From positions 750,364 through 814,363 of the forward strand of contig JAKMXF010000133.1 of the NCBI GenBank assembly GCA_024704765.1: DNA of 64,000 bases. Reading direction: 5' to 3'. Under the pieces are notes generated by a model. The model had not been told where the DNA came from. It made no database searches and saw only the letters and a list, made by a program, of their open reading frames with translations. This DNA is from Oopsacas minuta (lineage: Eukaryota > Animalia > Porifera). This document shows, piece by piece, positions 1-38,536 of this stretch (its first letter is position 1; each line of letters starts with the position of its first letter). The position numbers were made by a program, and so were the translations under genes.

Positions 1-167
1 TGACGAGGGATAGCACTAATAGCTGGTTACTTAATTCGAAAATAACAGGGGATCAAATATATAAAAACTGTTCTAAAAACACAGTTTATTATACGATATT
101 AACACGCCTAATGATAAAAATCCTCAATTCCCATACAACAAAATAGAGCACATGTTTTGAGTTCTGA

Positions 168-1778
168 CTACAGATCATCATCTCCTATGTTCATCTGAAA
201 TAGCTTGTTACCAGCTGCATCATCTCGCTCCACTGCAATTTCTTTAATCGCTAGTGGGGAATTATCGTAATCTGGAGTGGATGTCTTACCCTTCTTCTGC
301 TTACGTTTAATAACTGATACAGTAGTATTCGATTTCGTGTCTGCACCAAGTGAACTAGCTCCTTTCACTTCATCTTCTACAGGCGAGAGAGGATCTTCAT
401 CTTTCCCGTTTACTTCTGGTTGTTCTGCTTCATTTGGCTGTAATGATTCGTATTCGCTGGTAGAAACTGATTTCTTGGGAGAAGTAGGAGTAATAGCTTC
501 TACATCATCATCTACTTCCGATACACTCACTATTTTCCGACCACTTTTCACGAAGGTACCCAATTTACGAGAAAGTCTTGAAGCCATTTCTGGTATACTC
601 AGTGATTTATATGTCGTATTAGCTTTTTTCATTAGAAACTCGCTAATAATAGTTTGAATTACAGTACTCATGTATAAGCTCTGGTCAGAACCAATATTCA
701 CCCAATCGAGTGTTGTCTTGTCGAAAAGATACTCAAAGCTCAGTGCGATTTTATATCCCTCTTTCTTACTCCTCATAACTCTCCAGCACTTTATCCTACT
801 CAACTTAAATTCGAATAGCGGATATGCTCCGTAAGTATCTGTAGGGTCAAATAACCTCAAACCAACAGTATTGAGTTTAATCGCTACTTCTCTCTCCTCT
901 GGATAATCAGTATAGCAATTATCTACGTGTATGGAGCCAAAGTATGGGAGTGTGCGAGATACCTTTAAGAACTGTTTGAGGTCTTTTTCCTGTTTCAATC
1001 GTTTCATTTTCTCTTGAGTACTCGCATTAGGTTTTCCCATCAAACCAAGCTTACATTCATGTACAATCTCCTTATATACAATGTCTGTAGCGTTTTCATA
1101 TGGTAACAATTCTGACAAGAATATTGCGTCATAGAAAAGTGTGTGGTAGACCAGACGTGCATTCTTTTCTAATACCTCTGTTGCTAGGAATGGTGATTCA
1201 TACTGCATTAATATTCTAATGTATTTAGCATGTTTAGACTTTTTCTTAGCTCCTGTGTCTGCTTCATCTTCATTTTCATTTTCACAGTTGACCAGAAAGA
1301 GATTGAAATGATGCATTAGTTCGGTAGGAAAATCAAGCTTTTCTGCGATTAATAACAATACTTCTTCAGTAGTATCTGTAGACAGAATATCTAAGTGAAA
1401 ACTCTCACCGTTAGGTAGGAATATCTGCATATCTACAGAGAACATGTTCAATTGGAAAGTCAATTGTTGTGCTATACGAAAGAAATCTGTTACAGCTGAG
1501 AGAGTAAATATGTTTGGGAGGTTAACTATAGCTCGCATATAGCATTCTAAACTTTCTTGCCTCTGTTTGATCTGATCCTGTGTAAGATTGAAGAACTTTT
1601 TCGAAGGAAAACATATTCCAGAAGTAATGAGTCCTTTCGATTTTAAAACGTCATGCAAACCCAGAAAAGTGCTGTAACGAACTGATGCAAAGTAGATGGT
1701 ATTGATATAGATGTCGTAGGCTACGTATTTGCCTTTTTCATCACTCTTTTCCGAAAAGGAAGGGATCACTAATTGCAT
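168..1778 (-). CDS. SNX17: Sorting nexin 17 (PX + FERM-like), single ORF
   Basis: 536-aa ORF. N-terminal PX (YVAYDIYIN..VRYSTFLGLH..FPSKKFFNLT..RQESLECYM), FERM-like region (IFLPNGE..STDTTEEVL; RIKCWRV; LSFEYLFDKTTLDWV). C-terminus GNKLFQMNIGDDDL matches the SNX17 tail GNFAFEGIGDEDL. Confidence 0.95.
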   Translation of the reverse strand: MQLVIPSFSEKSDEKGKYVAYDIYINTIYFASVRYSTFLGLHDVLKSKGLITSGICFPSKKFFNLTQDQIKQRQESLECYMRAIVNLPNIFTLSAVTDFFRIAQQLTFQLNMFSVDMQIFLPNGESFHLDILSTDTTEEVLLLIAEKLDFPTELMHHFNLFLVNCENENEDEADTGAKKKSKHAKYIRILMQYESPFLATEVLEKNARLVYHTLFYDAIFLSELLPYENATDIVYKEIVHECKLGLMGKPNASTQEKMKRLKQEKDLKQFLKVSRTLPYFGSIHVDNCYTDYPEEREVAIKLNTVGLRLFDPTDTYGAYPLFEFKLSRIKCWRVMRSKKEGYKIALSFEYLFDKTTLDWVNIGSDQSLYMSTVIQTIISEFLMKKANTTYKSLSIPEMASRLSRKLGTFVKSGRKIVSVSEVDDDVEAITPTSPKKSVSTSEYESLQPNEAEQPEVNGKDEDPLSPVEDEVKGASSLGADTKSNTTVSVIKRKQKKGKTSTPDYDNSPLAIKEIAVERDDAAGNKLFQMNIGDDDL

Positions 1779-3343
1779 ACTGTCTACTAAAGCACAATAA
1801 TGAGAACAATTATTTGTACGAATTAATTAAGACCAATTATTAATATCCAAAGTCATTGCAAAGTTCATTATTAGATAGGCAAATGATCTAATGACTATCA
1901 GAACTAATTTTACAACTCTTCCTGGATTATATTTCTGATGCTATAGTCATTATATCAGTTTTACCCACATCAAATAATGAACTCTCCTAATTGTAGAAGC
2001 TTGATTGAACAATATATATATATATATGTATATGTATATGTATATAGTTATATCCTTTTAGAGGTAATTCCCTATCTCAAGAAATATTTGATATACAATA
2101 TGGATAAGACTATTTAAATCAAAAATTAGATCCTTCATTCATTGTAATACAATCCATATTCGGTAAGAAGTACACTTTGATACTACTCCTACCCGAGTTT
2201 ACTGTACCAATTTCACTCCGCCTGATAGGGCCAGGGTCACATTGGGATCAGGCCACTTTGACCCTATTAAGCCGAATAAAGTGTTGGCAGGGATAAACTG
2301 GTGGCTCTATTGCAATGAATATTTCGAAATACTATACAAGTAGATATTGAGCACATACGTGCATACATTTTCCAAAGTGTCATTTGCCACTCTAATGAAT
2401 AAATGTTAGTTCTTAAAACGAGCAAAATATTTTATTGAATTATAGTTTGCAGATTGAATCTTGGTTCTATTATTGAAACAAATTCACTTTTATGCATATA
2501 TATAATTACAAAGTTTGTATCATTAACATGCAAAAGCTTTGTACTCACATTGTACGTGATATCTGATAACGTATGCGTGTATCAGGAACAAAGAGCTCGA
2601 GTTCTATTCGTAAAGAAATTACTTTAATCGGTCATATTATATTAGTTTAATGAGGATGCTGTTCTCAAACAAAGACATTTATGGAAACAGGTTTAACATT
2701 AACGTCAGCTAATCCTTACGTGTAAATTATAATACATTATCTAGAATATTAAATATGTTCAGATATTATTTTGAAATATGTGTGTTCAGCCAAACTCTAC
2801 CATAAATCTTTAAAATTATGAAAAAATACTGGCTTTATTGTAACCTCGCCTGACTCCGGTTAATCATATCACTTTTGTTTTGTTCAGGGAAATATGGTTT
2901 AACCGTTTAACGGCGGTCGATCAGACTGTATTGTTGCGTAAACACATTGAAAACAAGCTAAATTAGTTAATATAGCAATTTCATCCCAATACTAATTGCT
3001 TTGTTTAAAATAATGCTATTTTCAGTACTCGCATTATCTAATTGGATTCCTAAAGCACAATTTCACGGTCTACTCATATCCTACAATCACTGCTTATACC
3101 ATATTATCCTTGTATAGATATTATGAAACCTACAGTATAAACATTGTGTTTCAATTTTCAACAGAAATGACCTGAACTGAGATTATTTGATTTATAATTG
3201 TTATGAGTTTGACTTTACTTAATCATTATCACAGGTTATTTCATATTTTCTATAACTATAAATATTGTATTTGTATTGTGTTATTCTTAAAATTATTAGA
3301 ATTGAAGATATAACTCATAAATCATAAATAATATTCAAGAAGG

Positions 3344-6300
3344 ATGACAAATTACAAAGAAAAAAAATCTGGATCTACATTTTATGGCTTCTCACATTCA
3401 AAGCAATCGGGAATGATAGTAAGTTGCTCGTGAATAGGAGCGGACAGGAGCTTGTACACAAATCTTATACTAATACCTAGTTATAAACAGGGGAAATGAA
3501 TCAATTAGAAACACACATCTATGCATAAATACCGTATGGAGATAAAAATATCTATACAGACACAATTATTTTCCAAAAATACGTAATCTTTTTCAGGGAA
3601 GCTTCAGCACATTACCCTCTGTAATTTTAGATATCAAATATTTTTATTACAATCAGTGTTGCCAAGATGATGTGGCCATAAAGTTCTTGCACAAACTAGA
3701 CAACCTCTTGTCAACTTCTTGCCAAAACTAAAAGTTCATTCCAAAGTTAATGATTCCTGCCATGTTCTTGCCAAAGCCAAATCTAAGAACTTTGTTTTTG
3801 ATCTGGCAACACTGATTATAATTCTCTTCTGTTAGTTAGAATCAGGATGGTTGTATAAGAAAGGAGGCAGAATATCAACCATGAAGAAGAGATGGTTTGT
3901 CCTCAAGGGAGATGTGCTACACTATTACAGCGATGAATCGGTTAGTAGATAATCTCATTCAGTACTCTTTTGTTGGCATAATATAATGACTTATTACATG
4001 ATCTTATAGGAATCTAAACTACTGGGATATATCCCACTGGATGTGAGTACTGTACACAGAATGCCACCGGATCCTAAACACCCGAAGAAATACAGACTTG
4101 AAATAACAGGTAATAGTCCGTAATACAGATAATATACTTAGAAATACACTCGAACCTCCGGGATACAGGCACCTTCCTCAACCGGACACCATTTACCCAA
4201 AAAGGATTGAAATTAATTTGACCAATCTCAGTAATTATTGCTTATAATAGAGCTGTTTTTCTTAAACTTCACACAACACGTTTCGTTGTAATTCATCTCG
4301 ATATTTATCCTATATACAGTAGATGCCGGATATTAGAACACCGGTTATAAGAACATGCTGGATATAAGAACATTATGTCCACTTCCCGACGATGTTCTTA
4401 CTACCGGAATTCACTGTGCTATAATTGGATCTTCCATAGAGACTCCAGGTTATTTCTGATATGGAGCAAATATCTGAAATAACATTAACTCAATTACGCT
4501 GAGTTGAGCCAGTTGTTAGTATGTAAAGTTAACGTATAATTTCTCAGCCTGTGGCGGTAGACAGATCCTCTCTCACAATCATGCATCTTTCTCAATTTAC
4601 TCAGAATCAGAATCTATCAGAGACAACTGGTATGCAGTGCTGTTTAAAGTTGTACATGCTGTAAGTATTCATACATTATTCTAATTCTATACAACTTAAT
4701 ATAATTTATTAATATTATACGTAATTATTGTGTATTGTATAGCCTGCTGGAGGAGGAATATTCGGAGCTCATCTACATGAAGTGGTAGATGCTGAGTTGT
4801 ATAGAGATGGAGGAGGTCAGGTTCCTTTATTGGTACTCAAGTCTATGCAGTTTATACTCAGATATGGTAAGCAGTGTAATTTCTATCTATGCATAGGTAT
4901 CCATGGTCCAGGTTTACTTTGTAGATCTTTACCAATGTATTGAAAATTGATGGTGCAGTTAAAAAGTGATCAGCTCTAACTAACTGCTTCCATCGTTCCT
5001 GAATTTTTGATTAATACATAAAACACACAAATATTATCACCAATGTGTTTCTATAGGGAAAGATGAACCAGGAATTTTAACGAGAGCAGCACCTGTCGCT
5101 TACAAACTAGAACTCTTAGCAGATAAATTTAATGAAGGTATAATACAAATAAACTTATTACCAGTTCATGTAGTCAGTAATTACGTAGTGCAGAATCCTT
5201 ACATAGAAGGAATATATTTTGATTGAAGAATAACGAACTTAGCTTCGTACTTACAGTAAACTCCAGTTAATTAAAGGACCTTATTTTTCAATATATAGGG
5301 GTGCACATTTTGTCTTCCTTGTTTGTAGTGGGTATTAATCGTGACTGTTAAAAATAGTCTATTAATACTATTCTGTACTTTGGGTATTTATTCTAATTCT
5401 ATCTGTTCTCCAGGTCAAAACCCAACAATCCCGGAATCAGAAAACGTACACACGGTATCAGCTCTACTCAGGAAATACTTTAAAGAACTACCAGAGCCTA
5501 TTATATCATCTAACTCTTATTTGGAATGTCTTTTTGGAATAAAATGTAAGTCATCAATGAAAAATCAATTATAAGAACAAAATGAGATACGTATAAGCTA
5601 AATGACTTTCATTTAGATTATGCCAAACATCCAGAGACAGGTCTAGAAGAGTTATTCAAGATATTCTCAGCTTTATCTTACCCCAACCTATGTCTACTAG
5701 AAGTATTAAGGTAATACATAGTACATATACGTGTATAACGTAATATTTATGTAAGCTCCGATATATGATTAGTTCTTCTATCTAGTCTCTTCTGTGATGA
5801 GTTATTAACACAAGAATATTCTATTAAGAATCATCTCACATTCTCTAAAGCAGCTCAGATATTCGGTCCTACAATATTTGCTCCTGAGGTATTACATACA
5901 ACAAATCTGATTATACGATTACACGAATATATGAATTGACAAGCAATTCCCGAAAATGTTCTTAAACCCAACAGTTACTGTATTATCATTGATACGAGAT
6001 TATTATTACATATATCACACATGCAAATATAAATATTGTGGAACGAATTTATCTACCTTTCTACTGTATAATTGGTTCAATTTCCTGTAGACAGAAGATC
6101 AACAACTGCTACTAGCATATCCTGACGTCATGGACAAATTATTAATGATATTAATAAAACATAAAGAGTTCTTCTTCCCCAGCATAGCTCAGAAACCAAT
6201 CAGTCTCCTGGAGAAGTTTGTAAACAATATACCAAATATGTGTGATATAATATATAATATATATGACGTAATTACATTCCTTTAGGCTAGATATGTTGCT

Positions 6301-7389
6301 GGAAGGATATGCACCTGAAAAGGTTGGTATTCTGTCTGCTGTAGATTTCAGAAAAAAGAAACACACCCTCATGCAAGGACCCCCTGTCCCTCCCAAACCA
6401 TACGAACCTTCTAAAAACAATAGTAAGAAATGTGTCAGTAAAGATGATAGTTTCAAAATGGAAGACACACAGACTAATTTTAAGAGATCAGAGACAGGTA
6501 TGAATTATAGATTATTATTATTATTATTATTATTATTCTAGTTCACTGCATCTTATATGATAAAATTAAACATTTTTTGTTCGAATCGATTCAGGAACTG
6601 GTTTGAAATTTGAAATTTGATATATGCTTGGAATGTGATTTATTTCATATTCTCATTAGCCAATTCGAGAAGACCTCCTCGCCCACCAATGCCTAACGGC
6701 TATCTGTTTCCAGAGAATGCACAGGGTTATGTAGAGTTTGACTTATTCGAGGATTCAGATGAAATACCTGATAATAACGTTAATTCAAGTGGCGAATCAA
6801 AAGATCACGTTTTAATACCTCGACTCCCTCCTGTACCTCCCCCAAAGCCTCCTAAACCAAAGAAATACAGTACACCAGGTAGTTACAAACTATAAATAAT
6901 TATTGAGTAAATTCAGTAATGATAAGTTTTATATTAAATTTTTGCTTCATTAATTCAGTCAATAACAATTCTCAAGAAGAAGATACTAAAGACTACACAC
7001 AACCTATAACAATTTCAAAATTCACTGCATCAAAGTTTCGCGCTAATTCGAAGAGTGAGTACCCATCTCTTCCACAGAATAATATATATTTGATGTAATT
7101 AATTTGATAAGATAATATAGGTACATCTGATATTGCTGAACAGTTAAAACAAATGGAAAAGAAGCAAACAGAATGGCAGCAGAAATATGAAAAGGAACAC
7201 GATGAAAAGTAAGTATCGTATTATGATGCATGTTAGAGTGAATTGTATTGTATTAGTGTACCATGGATTTACCCGATAATCATTGGTCTTAGACGAATAT
7301 TGTCTCCCCTAGGGAAGAAGTTTATAAACGACTAAACAGTATTGAAAAAGCACTTGGAATCGGGAATAGTTGCGGAAATAAGTTGTTAA
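3344..7389 (+). CDS. Multi-exon PH + RhoGAP protein with C-terminal coiled coil (ARHGAP22/24/25 family)
   Basis: GT-AG exons translated by hand: SGWLYKKGGRISTMKKRWFVLKGDVLHYY (PH, ~3841-3940); GGGIFGAHLHEVV (4743); VHTVSALLRKYFKELPEPII (5445-5510); IFGPTIFAPE (5860-5888); Pro-rich linker; coiled-coil end EEVYKRLNSIEKALG..KLL-TAA (7387-7389). The first coding exon (ATG 3344) is less certain. Confidence 0.82.
3654..3814. mobile_element. hAT-like MITE in the RhoGAP intron
   Basis: TIR CAGTGTTGCCA(A/G)AT..TCTGGCAACACTG; flanks attacaat / attataat (7/8, 8-bp TSD). Confidence 0.75.
4317..4416. mobile_element. Tc1/pogo-like MITE (CAGT.. termini); related copy ends at 12730
   Basis: CAGTAGATGCCGG..CCGGAATTCACTG with internal ttataagaac(a) motifs; 12630-12730 shares ttataagaacatg and ends ccggtatccactg|ta. 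Confidence 0.55.
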
Positions 7390-7774
7390 CCCCCAGCTCC
7401 AGCGAGGAAATCTAGTAAATATTATCACACAATTTATTTTAAGGAATCCTCCACAACATTTATGGTACAGATTTGCACTTCTTTATAAGATGCTAGAATA
7501 AGAATGTATAATTATGATATTTCCTTGTATATAATTGTGTCATCTTATTAATATAAATGTTTGTAATTAAAATTATTCCTGAGAATCTAGAAAATTGATT
7601 TACTAACTACAATATATGTGTTTTGTCGAGAAATAATGAATGCAAAATATTACTAAAAAGTATATTAATGAACATAAAAGAATGAAGAAAATCGATTTAG
7701 TATATTCTAAAAAAGTTAAGAATAATATTACATCCAAAATTCGTGGGAATAACAACCTCACACTAAAAATAATT

Positions 7775-9438
7775 TTAGAACAATATCTTAGGCTTAAGAT
7801 TCATATTAATATTAACTTCAATATCAATATCGATGTCACCAGGACATTCATGACATGTGTTGTGTTGAGCAGCAGCTTCGTATATAGTTGCTAATTGAGT
7901 TTCTACAAAACATACTGTGCCTCCTCCTCGATGAAACTGAGAGTTCTAAACGAGGTGAGAATAGATTTACCATCGTTTACAGAAAATATTATTATTATTA
8001 TTATTATCTCATATTTTAAAATGTTTTTGTTTGTTTGTCCTTGAGTGAGAAATTGGTAAGAGTTACAAACATGAAATTTGGCATGTGTATACAATATGGC
8101 TCAACTTGTAAGATGATAATTAAACAAGAGGTGTCCGAAGGGCGCCTTCGGCAGACATGAATATTCGCAAGCCACGCACCGCAAGCAAGCAAACTTCCAT
8201 AAGTTATTAATACCAGTATCTCGATACACATAAAATTATCTGTATGTATAGTCACCGTAGTTAGATTATTCAATTTGGGATATTTTCATCAAAACGCGAA
8301 AAATCTCTGCCATTAATTAACTACTGAATTGTACGTACCATTCTATTGATGTCTCCAATACATATAGTGGTCTTATCCTTAGAAACAGCCCACTTGCTAT
8401 GATCCTTAGTCTCAACGTATTGAACTTCCTCAGTGAAATTTACATAATTAACATCATCAACCACATAGTTACACATATTGTGTGGTTCACAAACAGAGCA
8501 ATCACATGCTTTATCGCCTCTAATCCAAGTCTCTACCAACAAAGATTTCTGCAGCTTAGGAGCTACTAGCATAGAGTAGAGATCTTTATTGAATTCTTTA
8601 GCTTTAGCAAATGAAGTGAATCTCATACCACCCATACTTGTAAGTGTAGCTATGTTGTATGAAGGAACTGATACTCTTTTCTTATTCACAGTAGCCTGAT
8701 ACAGGTCTGGTAACGAGCTTATTAGCGAGGAAGGCATGCTAAAGTTGTAGAAATTCGGACCGTTTGTTTGGAATTGTCTGCCAACAGTATTGATGTTGGA
8801 AAGAGATAGGGACATGCAGAGCATGCTCTGACCGTAAATCTCTCCACTCTCTGGATAAGAATACGACTTGCCTGCATAAGGAGGGAAACTAGGTACACTG
8901 TGCACCAGCCAGAATCCTGAGTTAGAATCATATGCAACTACTCCTTTACTATGCGCATCAGTGGAGTCTTTTGTTGCGTCAGGTGTTTCATCATTATACA
9001 TAGCATAGCCTACAGATCCCGAAGATTTATATAGCTGGGATAGAGTATATCCAGGAGCACTATTTAAGCTGTTGATTGACTTATCAGGGAAATATAGCTT
9101 GCTACCTTGATGGCTGTCAAAGTATAAATAGCCTGTTCCCTCTACAATCCATTTATTACTTGAATCCTTTATTTCGGGAATCTTAGCAATCGTCCACCTT
9201 GATATACACATTACATAGTAATTATTATGATTTGTAATTTGTGAATAAAGTATTGTCGAAGCAAATTATACAATTATCAGTGACTAATACTATTTCTATG
9301 AATATTGATACAGCAATATCTCATACGTACTTACCAATCGACAGCTCGCCCATTTTCATCTATACAGTCAATATTTCCCTTACAACATGTGAATCCAATT
9401 ATCAAGCTGACAATATACACTAGCGTTTTAGCGTTCAT
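7775..9438 (-). CDS. DNASE2: Deoxyribonuclease II (3 exons: 9438-9335, ~9198-8338, ~7945-7775)
   Basis: Exon 1 MNAKTLVYIVSLIIGFTCCKGNIDCIDENGRAVDW (signal peptide + CxDExGxxVDW). Both PLD motifs intact (AHSKG, DHSKW). GFWLVHSVPSFPP, YGQSMLC, CIGDINRM|NSQFHRGGGTVC; stop TAA at 7775-7777. Confidence 0.93.
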
Positions 9439-9792
9439 CACCTCAGTAAGAATGTGATGTAATAGAACTAATTAACGAATAAAACTGCTTGTTATTAGCA
9501 AAATATACAGCTGATATTAGTAAGCTCGAGTGGTATAATTAAACCTGAGATAAAGATTTAATATCTAGGACTCCGCAGTCAATAATAATAATAAATAAAT
9601 AATTAAATTTCACAAAGATTAAAAGAAAAGAAATATAGAATCTAAAGCCGCAGTTCATTAACCTAATGGGAAATGTATTAGTAATTATCAGTCAGTTATT
9701 TAACTTATTCCGTAAAAGACTCAGCCCCTTAATGATGTACTATTGGTTAAAAATCCACACACAGGGATGAACAAGTAATCCAAGCACCATTC

Positions 9793-10770
9793 CACAGTGG
9801 GAAAAATAGGAGAAATAGAGGTGGTATTTGACCATATTAAATTTAGATTAGACCCAAATATAAAACCAAAGTATTAAAGTCATAAGACTTCTACATTCTA
9901 AATAATGTTGATGCGTATGAGTGACTATATCAAAATATTGTGGTTTTGCAATCCTAATATGCTGTGAATGTTTCAGCAATGAAAATAAATTCATACATTG
10001 GATCACGACATTATTCCCTTCAGATTTACACGATTCGCTAAGAAAATTCACATCAACCTCTCAGTTATTCTACGCTGCTTTAACAGTGGTAGGGAGATCA
10101 ATACCAATGCCCACGAAGTCTTATGCCGAGAAACATATGAATTCATACTAACACGATTCCCCTGGGCTAATATTGCTCTATCCATTCATAAATTATTAGC
10201 TCATAGCACAGAGTTAATCAGAGATTGTAATGATGGTTTTGGGATGAAAGAATTTCTGATGAAGCTTCCGAGCATATAATAAGCTGATTCGAAAATATCG
10301 TGAACATTTGGCTAGAAAAATTCATTCATGCTAAATACTAGGGACATATTCATTCGTCTCTCTTCTCAAAGCGACCCTGTATTAGCAAAGTTTAGACACC
10401 TGGTTGTATGGAAAAATGTGGAGAATTGAGCCATATTTGCAAGCTTAATTGCAAAGCTCCCGCTCCACACACCGAACAAGATAATTTATTTCATTCTCTG
10501 CTTGTCTAGGTAGTATTTTGTATACATAAACAATATATTCAGATTCGTTATATACCTGAGAAATATCACTTAAGAAGATATTTAGAATAAAGAATTCTTG
10601 CTGACATCATCATTTGGTCATAATCTCACTTAAAGTGACTATACAAAAAATGGTAGTAGTTATATCAATTCCTTTAGGGTAATAATCCCATATGCAAATA
10701 ATATAAATTGTATGCGTGAAAGACATAAAAAACCCTATTTCCATTCGAATGCCCTTTTTTCCCCACTGTG
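9793..10770 (+). mobile_element. Internally deleted, frameshifted RAG1-like/Transib element with heptamer TIRs
   Basis: Left end CACAGTGGGAAAAATAGG (9793); right end reads CACAGTGGGGAAAAAAGG on the minus strand (ends 10770). Internal ~9950-10509 encodes, with frameshifts, ..CRETYEFILTRFPWANIALSIHKLLAHSTELIRDCNDGFGMKEF-SDEASEH-NKLIRKYREHLARK-NSF..RDIFIRLSSQSDPVLAKFR. Confidence 0.85.
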
Positions 10771-11994
10771 CGCATTCCAACTTATCTATAGCGGTGCCTA
10801 ACAGTAATTCCAAATTCTCTTATCCATCTAAGCTAATCTTGAGACATAGTACCTTATACAATGCTTGCACATATAGCTCTAGATAATACTGATTCACATC
10901 TTATATTTATATTCCAAGAAAGAGGCCATCTAATACTATCATATCTACATAATTCTTGTAAGTAAAATGACTTCATATATTCTGCAGAACACTTGATGCC
11001 AGTCAGGATACGAATGTGGAAAAGCTTGATTCAGAACTACCAAAATTGTTTAAAGCACATAGAATAACAGATGTTAAGCCAGCTGATGTGAATGGAGGAG
11101 ACATGGAAGAAATATTCATGACGTTAAGATCGGAAAGAAGACTGAAGATGGACGTACAGTATACTGGAAATTAGACTCAGAGTCACATTCATACAAACTC
11201 TTGCACTAATCGGAAGTATGGGTAATATTAACTAATGTACACTAGATATCTTCTCATTTGTTGTCAATTTTAATATATTTGTACTTTTGAAATATTAAAC
11301 TATTTTCTACACAAAAATATTACAGAATTACACTGTGCCGCCTACTAATGACTTATGAGCTGAGTATTGATTTATCTAACCAAAGCATAAGATAACAAAT
11401 TCTGTAAACAGACTTCAACTTTTTGAAATATTTAAACATTCGTTTATTCTACCAAAACATCTACCTGAACATGTCCATAAGCCGTGTTATGGCCGGTAAG
11501 ACCATGGTCCATTATATCTTATCACTTTTGCATGCAGGTCTTTACCACTTTTAATTTCACTGATACGGACCTGAGCTAAACTTAGAAATCCATGGAGCTT
11601 CAATAACTCATGACCTATCGTTCCTTAATGGCTTAACTTAACACAGATACTAACACGTACCTTGCACTTGCTGAATCCATGAAACATATTATTTGAATAT
11701 AATAATTTTCTATTACCCATATAAAACACAAAAGTAATTTATTAATAATAAGAATGAGAGCATAACTCAGCTCCTTAAGAATACAACTATCGACACTATT
11801 ATAAGTAAGTAATTTACAGTATGTACATGCTTGTGTCTACAGTAAATATATGTTGTCTCACTACATTTATAAAAGCAATCTATTCAAGTCAATGTTGAAC
11901 TGGGGTAACCGAACTAATCACAGATCGTTGGTGGTGATCTGCATTGAAAAAACCTAACATTCTATAAAAATAAAGAAGATATGATATCGTATTG

Positions 11995-37407
<25,413 letters not shown>

Positions 37408-38536
37408 GGTCGAGAGACATACACAGCAATATATCCACTAATAACTAGGTCAGCTAAAAGCACTAAAAAGAGATTATTACCAAGTCACTATCAATTCGCA
37501 TATACAGTAGACTCTCGTTAATACGCACACGGTTAATACAAATTTCTGCGGATAAAAAGAACAAAAAAATTACACAATATCAGGTCCGTACAATGTATGT
37601 TCAATTGATATTATTCTGGGTAAGACGAACAAATTTTGACCGTTCGTTGGTGCATGGCCGTAGGAGACGGTCCGGTCGGTCAGTTTCCAAAATTTGGTCG
37701 GCTATTACAAATAGTATTAGTCAACCGGACCAACTTTGGGTGGCTCAATATATTTGTATAGGCCAACCTGACCAATAGAAAACTGCCTGCTACCACCCTG
37801 TGGTGTTCGGAATAACGAAGATCCACTGTATTATGTCTATAATGTTTTAGTCAGAGGATCGTGGGATCTAATTCCTAACAATGTGTAAACTACTTTCAGT
37901 TTATTTCACTCAATCAGGTAATTAAGGAGATGAGATAAATTAATTATAATTAGACATAATTCGTATGAATTATTGAGAATATAACATCACTATGACCCGA
38001 ATCCTATCAAAGAATTAGTAAACCAAAATTCACTCTTACTTATGAGTCTTATTAGCAAATTAAATCTCACAATAGGTATATTAGGATACTAAGATATTCC
38101 TTATGTGTAGGCTGATCAATATAAATATAATTCAAGTTACGTTGTGGTTATATTTATGAAATTAATTTATTCTTTTTCTTAAACCTTCAATACAAATCTA
38201 TTATACACGCCGGAATGGGTGGATTAAGAAAAATGGAATTCGCTGTTTAGAACCTCCCTATTACACCTAATCAATCTGTAATTACAGAATATATAAAGAG
38301 TAGCACTGTAGATTATGCCATAAATTATTCACATCAGCAAATATTAATATTTTGCTAATGATTGCTCAGTATTAACTAAAATTAACTAAAATTAACAAAT
38401 AATTAACAAATAACATTATCTGCATACTTCAATCAGTTAGCCTATAGTCAGGGTAGTGGGAGTATTTTGGTGTTTTGTGAAATTGTAGTCACAAATATTA
38501 AAATCTAATTCAAATAAACAAGACTGTGAAAACAAA

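Noticed and set aside
10610-10813. Convergent minus-strand ORF as a possible RAG2-like partner
   Set aside because: It spans the TIR, has no kelch/GG motifs and is only 67 aa; I found no RAG2-like evidence near either element.
10840-11225. Coding-like relic (..ELPKLFKAH..EDGRTVYWKLD..)
   Set aside because: Interrupted by stops and frameshifts with no identifiable family.
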